DNA of 63,763 nt, the filler included, from Hausera hauseri (Eukaryota): NCBI GenBank assembly GCA_046269625.1. It is 10 parts of 10 records of this genome, joined end to end, with 100 filler letters (N's around TTAATTAATTAA, not from the genome) between each part and the next. Parts side by side here need not be neighbours in the genome. Positions count along the whole stretch, not along the records: positions 38,675 to 51,128 come from JBJURY010033336.1; positions 51,229 to 55,337 come from JBJURY010756208.1; positions 55,438 to 59,720 come from JBJURY010658552.1; 7 more parts are not named here. The stretch is one strand, 5' to 3'. The notes under the pieces are model-generated. The model searched no databases. It had not been told where the DNA came from and was given only the letters and a program-made list of their open reading frames with translations. This document shows positions 48,001-56,260 of the stretch, piece by piece. A program made the translations under genes and the position numbers. Numbering within the stretch: the first letter of the stretch is position 1; each line of letters opens with the position of its first letter.

Positions 48001-51000
48001 AGCCCTTAACGAAATAACAGAAACGGACACCTATCCGCTGCCCAGAATCGACGAGATCCTAGATAAGTTGCACGGATCAGCTATATTTACAACCATAGAC
48101 CTGCAGAAAGGATACTGGCAGGTAGAGATCAAAGAGGAAGATAAACAAAAAACTGCCTTCTCGATAGGCGAAGGATTATGGGAATTTAATAGAATGCCCT
48201 TTGGATTAAAGAACGGCCCACCAACGTTCCAAAGAGGAACAGAGTTGTTATTATTAGACGCCCCTCATGCAATGGTCTATATCGATGATATAATAATCGC
48301 ATCACCTAGTTTTAGCCAACACTTAAAGGATTTACAAGATCTGTTTGATAGATGTGAAATAATGGGTCTTAAAATTAATCCGAAGAAATGCTCATTCGCA
48401 CAAGAAGAAGTCGACTTTCTCGGACATCGAGTAGATCGATATGGCGTAAAACCATTAGAAAAGTTACTCGGAAAAATTAAAGATTTTCCAAAACCTACCA
48501 CCGTAAAGGAACTACGTCGATTCCTGGGATTAGCCAATTATTATCGCAGATTTATAAAAGATTTCAGTAAAATAGCCAAACCATTATACGAATTACTGAG
48601 AGAGGATCTAGAAAAAGTAATATGGACAGCCGACTGCCAGAATTCATTCGAAACTTTGAAAGAAAAACTGCTAAGCGCTCCAATCTTAATATATCCCGAT
48701 ATGAAGAAATCATTTATATTGGCAACAGATGCAAGTGACTACGGAGTCGGCGCAGTATTATCACAAAAGGGCGAAGATGGAAAAGAACACCCAGTAGCTT
48801 ACGCATCAAGGAAGCTGAATAAGCATCAGAAGAAATATGTGGTTATCGAAAGAGAACTATTAGCCGTAATATTTGCACTAGAAGTATTCTCACCTTATAT
48901 CAGTGAAAATAAACCTGTATTGATATACACAGACCATCGACCATTACAATGGTTAAAACAGCATGAAAACCCAAATAGTAGATTATTACGTTGGGCTCTT
49001 AAACTTCAACCATATACCCTGAACTTCCAGTATAAACCTGGAACGCGTAATGCCAACGCGGATTATCTATCAAGATTACCAGAAAACCAGGAAACAAAGA
49101 AAGCCGTAGTAGCAGCTATATGGAGCATGGACGGATCCATAGAGAAGATAAGAGAGAACCAAAGCGAAGATGCCGAAATAAAGGCCATTAGAGGTTATTT
49201 GATGAATAAAATCGTGCCATCAGATAAAGAGTTAGCACGACACCTAGCTAGATTTAGTGAAGCTTACGAAGAAAAAGAAGGATTCTTGTATTATATTCAC
49301 CAGAACGGGCCCGCATTAGTAATTCCAAAGAAGAATCGAGCGGTATTATTAACCCAATACCATAATGGATTATCGGGAGGCCACCAATCGGTAAGAAAAA
49401 CAATAAATAAACTGAAAAGAAAATATTTTTGGTCTACTATGGTAAAGGACGTACAAGAATGGTGCGATAGTTGTAAACTATGCTTCACCCGTAAAAATAC
49501 GGGCTCAAAATTTAAAGCACCCCTCAAAGTATGGGACAATCCACCAGCACCATTTGAATTCACCGCAATGGATATAACAGGACCTTTACCATTAACACGG
49601 AATGGAAATAAATATATCCTCGTGTTCATAGATTATTTTACTCGATGGGTAGTGGCGATACCTATGCATGATATGAAGGCAGACACAATTGCTGAGAAGT
49701 TCGTAGAAAACATTGTTTTCAACTACGGAGCCCCCAGAATATTACTAACGGATCAAGCCTCCAATCTAACAGGGAATGTCATGCAAGCGATATATGAGAT
49801 CATGCAGATACTGAAATTGAGATCAACGCCCGGACACCCAGAAAATAATGGCATGATCGAAAGATATATCGGAGATCTGAAAAGCAAATTACAGACAGTC
49901 GTAAGCGTCAGACAAGATGACTGGGACGAATATATCAACGCATGTGTTTTCGTAAATCGAACATCAGTACATGAAGCTACCAAAGAAACACCATTTTACT
50001 TAATGTATCTGAGGGATGCCAGATTACCAATCGATTTAGACTTCAACGTAAAACCAACTTCGCATTTGATGGAAGTAGAAGAATATAAACAGCTAATGCA
50101 GGAACGCTTACAATTGGCGTACAAAATAATAAAAGGAAATCAATCGGATTATAAAGACAAATATAAGAAGTACTATGACAAGAAAACAAAGAAGCCGAAA
50201 ATTAAAGTGGGTGATAAAATAATGCTACACGTACCATTGAGCAAGAAAGGAAAGACGTCCAAATTAGATAGACCCTATAAAGGTCCATATGAGGTAGAAA
50301 AAGTGGACTTACCTAACATCTGCATAAAGAAAAATAATGCCACGTTCAAAGTGCACGTGAATAGATGTAAACCTGCAGCTAAAGAAAGCCATCTCAGAGA
50401 AGATGAACAGGAAATAGTGAGAACAATTAGCGAGAAACCAATCGGTAAACAAACCACATATACAAGGGTTAGCATAAAAAACTATTTCATATTTTTAATT
50501 TTTATGCTATTGCCTGGTGCTATAACACAAACAATAGAACAGGAAGCGATGAAATCCATGATATGTCATCTAATATCAATATCAGATGATTCATTACTGA
50601 AAAGTATCAAACATCATATAATATATTCCAAAAAGGGTCAAAAATGTATAAAATTTTACGCTGAAAAACCCTTACCTACCAATTATACCGTAGGAATTCA
50701 AGTAATTCATGAGGAGGATCATAAAGAAAAACTAACTCGACAGAACTACGATTGTGAGCTACATTATGAAACAAATGAAACAGAATGTTTAATAGAAGAA
50801 GCCGGTTTATATAACCTATATTATACGCTCATTAAAAAGCGAGGCAATCTCTATCGGACGCAAGATGCTAAAAAGATGGGTCTAATAAAAATTCTTAACA
50901 AACATGAAATGAATGTCACGCAATTAGATGTAAAAATTATCGAACAAATAACAGCAAAACTGATTGCTTTTAAAAACGGAAGAAGTTGCGTTGAAATAAC

Positions 51001-51076
51001 GACAAGGATAAAATTGGAATATAATCGAAGAATAAACATATACAGGTATGTTCAAAAGAAACGCCGCCCCCTATAA
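42095..51076 (+). CDS. Single-ORF Ty3/gypsy polyprotein: Gag, Ubl, AT-hook, Bcl-2-like, class III-like glycoprotein, PR, RT, RNase H, IN, second ectodomain
   Basis: CFNCNKYGHIAKAC at 42887, RRGRPK at about 44020, NWVQCRGGW at about 44490, signal peptide plus IVAYDC at 44690, TM about 46290-46470, DTGS at 46961, YIDD at 48278, TDASD/TDHRPL, HHCC, DDE core, GPY. The last 11 codons come from the inserted TIR. Confidence 0.95.
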   Translation: MTGNNAPIEQVIQSKADFTLPMKKFSGKEDVQDFIMEYEVYSKSFGWTDQQRVERLPLHLKGTALAIYFQMPDADKNDWKVVKEKLPQKFLVDPTGKGRIEEFIRRRQRKDETVQEFVCALEKLAARAYPDATTRSNALLAQFQYGLEERLRTIISQADPSTFLEAIRKARKAERDAEFYRWNRFRNYNNNSYDKRKNNSTQRYERYERNRSPSQTSATEAESDGEKKVRFKLRNEGEKTSYKKKYPKKDGRSWPSIDSEGRLKCFNCNKYGHIAKACRSRKREPMKSNMRYNNNNKPKKDYTSVTSDESSDGEYETEESESERKKKESTNYVNDVLSHRMKTQLAMELKDYKTQQKRLKENSICTIEDKPEGTKTRRSRKKSNKKIIEVESRETSVEKSDVEKKTKRGRKKSLIGESTSEEGEEESKPVKIFDETVMEQVIQRKEVDLDADDEIIEAIVAINPENVEIDGAIKALLKLINSNVSANKLNEILFQLLLLAHDTSPVRDIARTILAKAAEAEIGKSEFIRITLKEGNQDLRVIRMKENDDIETLREKIVELEPDYREKLYGLSFYGRTLYSYDNLLRIGIRNENYNPITITLVEIHPDARAEVVADNIIRELEPPEEHLLGDTQDVTVQTEARRRGRPKGTKISDIKNKRDRNEEIVRRLLLSGIDMTPESVDIDPLIRTLLARLHTSFASFDMQVTIPDELFQSLRNSLLRISRQFYENITEERINELHEQDIVEKMLASGVTREKVLTAVSYIIYKIIATNHQTENLEEIDRNIKTIVKVLRDTLQNWVQCRGGWIPSLMANTAITEMPDRPSGSPATTPLNQNAIRQGITNVSFVEILQLLLIMSICAPNAMGIVAYDCSKPKEGQKYSFVDLEKCPEADPEQLVTTTGHRYWVYQESEFIKVKIRECYLKRSFFLFNCAYYSGNSAIIEPTTPFEPIIISRAECQDAFKIGTITVQNAHIPAVRNRIKYTRIFRAGKIDKTREGTCKGVDYDVGGTIAPRTVAIEDYQVQLKEYEALFDSQTKLMTTMAECEYDNGECDTGESKMAWEVSTKKCHLTLLKNGIFNKTVGKSTDKETTTFKEGVKEAKMTEVATIVFSANPEEMMRFKITGTLNKCDEEIFKTNYKGIYLSLKQVHGAKAKLDKTDIKLTQYFDNKIDFLINYVRMEIRSLYREIMMNECKLNYEIMRNKMALVMTNPDMVAPVMPFGDGIIGRIMGEILVTIECKKVDVKLRPTNICTSELPVEYQNEPRYVMPVTRILLEANVKPTILYNCTFNMSPMFKINDKSWIRMPNRETMPAPEMLSLVNLQRNHKFEPLTSIPQGGIYTEQNLEDYRRMIMFPQQRQRVITELTKRVMWDGEGSPQWENLMGKDYLKKVTRNIMEKMWGRFLYFGQAASGFLAIYFIISALRTIFTALGKAYGIHAAVGCSWKILIAVIPAVASCFLANHDAKWKKKLLKEKNKNVEDTSPYSIINDKNDDDDDGKADNKESISNKYLTRMKRFSLRPRKKKYKKKLLTDLPQLNSADEYNGQICTSTSAPYYVQSLRYQDNNGLERRETYPMYQVLQMKRSYDENLPSQPTCKTNDKNAPKTPTRPEVMIDVNGYPMLALIDTGSTTTIMGKSQLPPKLLRKLRKPTETLVNVGAFGTEEEIKTVLDAKIKICNQIIDHTIRVAENLTNEILIGCDILSQLEEVYIDLKTSQLRTFGKRECEGSVTLTREMVIPSRSEIITTGRIQGRREFENVHFEPSYQTMERYDILIAPHIDKIRDGKIHLRICNTGNRKIRLRRNTKMGYITAIEDILTGSVKESVNSIISDVDKIEKMINKKLSDGRQKVETKKTPNHINWEEKLQECKMLNEEERTALKQLLERNNKRFAQSDYDLGSMNVIRHSIKLKDGQDKPIKKRPYRLAYDKKEQARQIIKEMRENKIIRPSCSPWTAPVVMVKKKDGAMRFCIDYRALNEITETDTYPLPRIDEILDKLHGSAIFTTIDLQKGYWQVEIKEEDKQKTAFSIGEGLWEFNRMPFGLKNGPPTFQRGTELLLLDAPHAMVYIDDIIIASPSFSQHLKDLQDLFDRCEIMGLKINPKKCSFAQEEVDFLGHRVDRYGVKPLEKLLGKIKDFPKPTTVKELRRFLGLANYYRRFIKDFSKIAKPLYELLREDLEKVIWTADCQNSFETLKEKLLSAPILIYPDMKKSFILATDASDYGVGAVLSQKGEDGKEHPVAYASRKLNKHQKKYVVIERELLAVIFALEVFSPYISENKPVLIYTDHRPLQWLKQHENPNSRLLRWALKLQPYTLNFQYKPGTRNANADYLSRLPENQETKKAVVAAIWSMDGSIEKIRENQSEDAEIKAIRGYLMNKIVPSDKELARHLARFSEAYEEKEGFLYYIHQNGPALVIPKKNRAVLLTQYHNGLSGGHQSVRKTINKLKRKYFWSTMVKDVQEWCDSCKLCFTRKNTGSKFKAPLKVWDNPPAPFEFTAMDITGPLPLTRNGNKYILVFIDYFTRWVVAIPMHDMKADTIAEKFVENIVFNYGAPRILLTDQASNLTGNVMQAIYEIMQILKLRSTPGHPENNGMIERYIGDLKSKLQTVVSVRQDDWDEYINACVFVNRTSVHEATKETPFYLMYLRDARLPIDLDFNVKPTSHLMEVEEYKQLMQERLQLAYKIIKGNQSDYKDKYKKYYDKKTKKPKIKVGDKIMLHVPLSKKGKTSKLDRPYKGPYEVEKVDLPNICIKKNNATFKVHVNRCKPAAKESHLREDEQEIVRTISEKPIGKQTTYTRVSIKNYFIFLIFMLLPGAITQTIEQEAMKSMICHLISISDDSLLKSIKHHIIYSKKGQKCIKFYAEKPLPTNYTVGIQVIHEEDHKEKLTRQNYDCELHYETNETECLIEEAGLYNLYYTLIKKRGNLYRTQDAKKMGLIKILNKHEMNVTQLDVKIIEQITAKLIAFKNGRSCVEITTRIKLEYNRRINIYRYVQKKRRPL

Positions 51077-51128
51077 TTTCGTCGCAAATGGAAACGCCAC
51101 CCATAAAATTTCATCGCAAATGTTAACG
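51043..51128. mobile_element. Other terminus of the Tc1/mariner-type element, preceded by TA at 51041-51042
   Basis: CAGGTATGTTCAAAAGAAACGCCGCCCCCTATAATTTC. Confidence 0.85.
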
Positions 51129-51228
51129 NNNNNNNNNNNNNNNNNNNNNNNNNNNNNNNNNNNNNNNNNNNNTTAATTAATTAANNNNNNNNNNNNNNNN
51201 NNNNNNNNNNNNNNNNNNNNNNNNNNNN

Positions 51229-53205
51229 TCACCTTTCTGTTGCACTCTATTCTGAAATGCCATAAGTTTCTGTTGTGGCGTTACTGTAGGCAATAACTTA
51301 CGATTCAATGCTCCAACCAGGGAGGACCAAGATTTTTTTTCATCATTAATAAGCTCACTATAAGCATCGACAGCTACATTCTTAAGATATAGTGATAAGC
51401 GTTTTATTGTTACTTCAGGAGTAAGACTAGTACCCTCTGCGTGCAGCTTATAAATCCTTAAAAAGTCATTGAGCCCGTCCGGGTCACCGTCGTATGCCGG
51501 AAGATTCAAAGAGTCAAATGAAAAATGTCGAGCTTTTGTCCTACGCCTGGATTCTCCGTTGCCATATTTATCCTATTCTTACGAGGTTTATCCTTAAGTT
51601 GAGGAAGTTTATGCTTACCGTTTGATTCTAAATTGATTTTAGTGTCAGAATTTGTTCTGTATATTACTCTGCGTGTCTCACGTACAGGAGACTTATTTCT
51701 ACCGTTTATTTGGTTCTCAATGTTCGTCTTAATTTAGCCCTTTATTTTAGTCTCTGATAACTTATATCCCACAATTTATTTTTCTTTCTATTAATCGGTG
51801 TATTGGCGCTGATCGCCGATATGTCTTTATTTAGCTGTGAATAGTACTAGCTAGGCACAGACTGTCCTGCTAGGGTCGCCAAATGTTATATATACGGGTG
51901 GCCCTTAACTCACACCCCTTATATATAACGTATTTTACTCTTGAAATTAAATTTTCTTATGCAAAATCGGTCTAACGTTATCGCTAAACGAATGTGCCTA
52001 GTATGTCGATTTTACGTGAATGCAAAATGTGGTAAATGCGACACCCCTGCGTAGTTTTAATAATTTCCAGCTACTTATATAATTTACTGTGAATTTTACA
52101 CTTAGTGTACATCAAATCAGCCTAAAGGGCCGATGAGAAACTATAGTCGGATTTTATACAATATAAATAAAATATACCAATATATTGATTCCTACAAGGG
52201 AATCACACGTTTTAGAATAATGTCAACGTTTTCAATACTGCTGATATTGAGTTACTGAGTTGTCTTCTTTAAACACTGGTCGAATCTTCAATCAAGTACC
52301 TTTTCGCTAATCAACGCTATAGTCGATGAAAACTGATCAAATAACTGTTTAGAGAAATTGTCAGGACTAATCGACGCTAAAGTTGACGAAATCTGTTCGA
52401 AATACTGTCATAAACGCTGGCTTATATACTAGGGCTAATCAGTGCCAGTTGCTTTTTATTTGCATTTCTCTCATTAATTTGCTATTTTCAACGTTTATTT
52501 AACAATTCATTAGCAGATAATTGCCATATGCCATTTCTAATTATTACGTTACTAATACATACTATTGATAATTCAAATTTAACGTTAACAACAATATGTT
52601 CAATTCACTAATATGTACAATTTAACAGCTGTATTATTTAGTCAATTCACAACAAAGCCAACCAGACTACTGTCAAGGTACAAACTTAATATATTTATTT
52701 TCTTTTTGACCGTATTTTACTTGTTAGGAAGGTGAATCTGTAAAATGTTTGTCCGAACTAATTGGTTTTTAAAATCCGAAATAAATCGTTATTTAAATAG
52801 GGAATGTTTTCAGAGGACAGAGTTGCAATCTTGTCAAGATAATCCTTAATTATTAAAATATGTATGTTAAACATTTTAAGGTTTTATTCTTCCCGATGTT
52901 TACTTTGAACCCGATAAAATAAAACCAACACTACGCAATATGGTCTCTAATTAATTCAGGCAAAGATTTTGACACGTATTCTCAAGTTATTTATCAATCA
53001 CGGCCAATCAATTATGGTAGCTCACAGAGCGACTCACAATTGTTTAGAACATACAAATTATTTACCAATCAGCCAAATTTGGGACCTTCAAATGATTTCG
53101 ATTACCACAAAAAGCAAAAATAAAGAACTAGATTAGTATGACAAATAAAATATGCCCTAAATAAGTTGTTGGCTAAATGCTCGCTCGTCCGAGACACTTG
53201 TAACA
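51229..53205 (-). mobile_element. 5' end of another gypsy element: LTR 51884-53205, PBS 51864-51881, gag from about 51565
   Basis: On the minus strand the LTR runs TGTTACA...TATAACA, followed by TGGCGACCCTAGCAGGAC. Gag reads LPAYDGDP...FLRIY...LSLYLKNVA...RVQQKG. Confidence 0.8.
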
Positions 53206-53916
53206 ATTAACGTACTTGACGAAACTTGGTCGTGCATCATCCCTTCGACAGGACCAAGCCGTTCAAAGTGGCAAAAGTTATTTATAAAATGACCAGGAGT
53301 TTGGCGGTAGTGGGAAGTGTTCGTTCCATCTCACTTCTCTGGTTGGTTCGTCGACCAGTTTTCCCCACCTGATTGGCTATTCCGAATATTTCACTAAAAA
53401 TTTCGGATGACCCCTCGCCGGCCAAAAAGGAGGTAGAGCAATGGACTTTGGACCGAGTGTTATCGATAGCGCGTGACGAGCTGAGCAAAAGTTATTATAG
53501 GTGAGGAATACAGAAATGTAAGGGAGAGGCGCTAGAAGAGGAAGAAACAAAACAGGAAATGTATCACATGTAACGCGAAACATGCTGCTAGCACTGACAA
53601 AATGTGTAAAAAAGATAAATCTATGTTGGAGAATCCAATGGACACGGTTGCAACTCAATCAGACCATGGGAACATAGGGAAAAATCGGTGGGAAATTTTC
53701 AAACGAGGAAAATTTCCCCTTGCACAAGTCAAACGGCGGTGGAAATGGGTTGAGCACACAATCATCATAGTTGAGCATTTCATATTATAGCCGCCTCACG
53801 ATCAGACCAAAAGATCCAGGTGAAAACGGCAACCGAACGAACAAACAAACCGAAAAAACGCATTGTTAAAAGTCCAAGTCAAAATCATATTGTTAAGTGC
53901 AAATCAAAATCACTGT

Positions 53917-54520
53917 AGTAGGGAGAAGTGTCATTTCGTTCTCACTTCCCAAAAAGTGCTCAGATGGACCTCGGACAAGTTTTCCCCACCTATCTCGCAA
54001 TTCTGAGCATTTGAAGTTTTTTTTTCGTCGGAAGACCCTCCAGCCGGAAGCACATGTCATGTGTCGCACATGTGTCCGATGGAAATCGCTAGAGCTCGAT
54101 GAGGCGAGAAAATTTTTATAGCGCGGTGACAGTCAAAAATGTAATCGGGTGGCGCTAGATGCAAAAGAAGCAAAACGGGAAATGTTCTACGAGAAACCAG
54201 ACACGAGTTACGAATTTCGCAATGTTTGGTGCTAATTTCAAATGAATGTCGGTGAGTCGAATGCACACAATTTCAACGCGGTCTGACCATGGGAACATGG
54301 GGAAAAATTGATGGGAAAATTTCAAAAGGTAAAAATTTCCCACTGTTCAAGTCTGCTGGCTGTGTAGATGGGTTGAAAACGAAGCCCATCAGTAGTTGAG
54401 CATTTCATATTGTAGCCGCCTCACGATCAGACCAATGGATCGGGGTGTGAAAAATGTTCAACGAAACCGAACGAACGAACGACCGAAAAACGCATTGTTA
54501 AAAGTCAAAATCTCGTTTGG
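53917..54520 (+). repeat. Probable Polinton terminus (AGTAGGGAGA) and subterminal region, with a diverged direct copy at about 53460-53880
   Basis: Same 10-mer as 23092. GACCATGGGAACAT...TAGCCGCCTCACGATCAGACCAA...CGCATTGTTAAAAGTC is present at both 53660-53875 and 54285-54505. Confidence 0.55.
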
Positions 54521-54699
54521 TTTTGTTTTGTTTGTTGTAAAAAGTCGTGTACGACGACGACGACGACGAGCTCATGGTTGAGTATTACTACTACTATTAG
54601 TCACAACTCACAAGGAGAATGATTGTGATGAAAAGTCACATTATATTGTTTTTCATGATTTGCTCAAAAAACAACAGCAATAAAATATTACACATTTCA

Positions 54700-55070
54700 C
54701 AAAGGTGGCTGTAATGTAAGCCACTATAAGCAGTAATGTCCGCACAGTATAGTCATTGGATATTGATAATGAACTCGATTATATTCAACACCATATGACA
54801 ATGATGATTATAGTTCAATTTGAGAAACTAACGATGACGGATAGTAAAATCCGAGCGAGTCGAATACTCTGATGACGTTGGTCGGATTGTGAACGTACAC
54901 AGCAATCCAATGTTCTCCCGGCAACGGTGAAGTGTGTATTGACAATAAGGTCACCGCAGCCACTTTGTCCTTAATCACACGGCACACGGTCCAGTGGAAA
55001 CACGCAACGAAATTTTACGCCGAAGAGCAGTTTTCCGTAGTTATTGAGCACGGTGGAGCTAAATGTGAAT
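54700..55070 (-). pseudogene. Polinton cysteine protease, second copy
   Basis: NTHTSPLPGEHWIAV...VFDSLG...YQYPMTILCGHYC contains the His/Asp/Cys triad region; homologous to 1-210. Confidence 0.85.
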
Positions 55071-55149
55071 TAAGTATAATAGTAATAGTAGTAATAAATT
55101 ATTTCATGGTACGACGACGAAGAAGAAAAGGTGAGACAGCGGATTTCAT

Positions 55150-55337
55150 ATATACAGTGACGGTTCCGTTTTTCGTTATTTCAACCTCGGCATCAAATAC
55201 ACCTTAAATGTACATCACGATAGATTGCTCCAACGCTTTGGCAAAGTGAATCTCCAGTCGCAGGTTTCCCTGCTGAGGTAGTTGAGTCTGTTCAACGTCA
55301 TAATCCGGAGCCAGGACAAAAGTGAAGAATGGATAGG
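55150..55337 (-). pseudogene. Polinton major capsid C-terminus, second copy
   Basis: Nucleotide homologue of 284-455. Confidence 0.8.
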
Positions 55338-55437
55338 NNNNNNNNNNNNNNNNNNNNNNNNNNNNNNNNNNNNNNNNNNNNTTAATTAATTAANNNNNNN
55401 NNNNNNNNNNNNNNNNNNNNNNNNNNNNNNNNNNNNN

Positions 55438-56260
55438 GCTGTAAAAACCATCCTTGGGTGGTAATGAGGACTCATCCAGTGTTTCCCATGATGTTATATA
55501 ATCATAGGGAAACACTGCTTTCCTTTTAACCAGGTCAAAGGTATCCGGAAAGAATTGCTTCGTTTCCTTGAGTTCTTTGACAGGCAGGTTCTTCACTAAA
55601 CTATCCCGTAAAGATGACATGAATCTGAAACTATTGATGAAACAAAATCGGATTTTACCAGCATGCTTAGTGAAAGTGATATATTTTTCCTCACTGTTGG
55701 GGATCACCTCAATGTTTACTTCAATGTTGCCTAATTCTCGGAATATGAAGTGGCTATCATAGCCACTAAGATTATGAAACACTAGATTGCAGTTGTTACA
55801 TGCTGCGCCACGATATGCACCTTAACTTTCCAATTTTCCTTGATGAAGGACTTTTCGCACAAGTAGCATGATGCTGCCTTGTGCCATTATTGTTCTTGCA
55901 TCCAAGACATGCTCATGTCGTCCTTATGTTGTTGTAGAATCCTTTGAAGATTATGAGCCATGTCTTCAAATCTCTTCATGAAATGTGCTGCTGCATCTGG
56001 ACCCCTGAATAGATATGGTGCATTGTCCAATTCTTTGGCATACATACAATACGATTAGAGTTCGTGATATTGGTATGCCGTTGTACTGCTATGTTGAGGA
56101 CTGGGACTGTATTTGTGAACTGGCTTGAGAATGGCCTCAAAGTCGCAACAGATGACAATTGAGACCTTGATCCTCCTCTCAAATTCCTTAAATTCGATAT
56201 AGTCCTCTTTGGGAAATTCTGGCCTTACACAATAATTGCTGTTTCAGTACATCTTGTGCT
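55438..56260 (-). pseudogene. Polinton PolB exonuclease region with an endonuclease VII-like Zn insertion
   Basis: CDFEAIL, CYLC...YRGAACNNCNL, FHNLSGYDSHF, EEKYITF, SFRFM, RKAVFPYDY; overlaps 9753-9990 in sequence. Confidence 0.88.

Noticed and set aside
51043-51076. RYVQKKRRPL* as the true polyprotein C-terminus or an NLS
   Set aside because: It is encoded by the inserted TIR.
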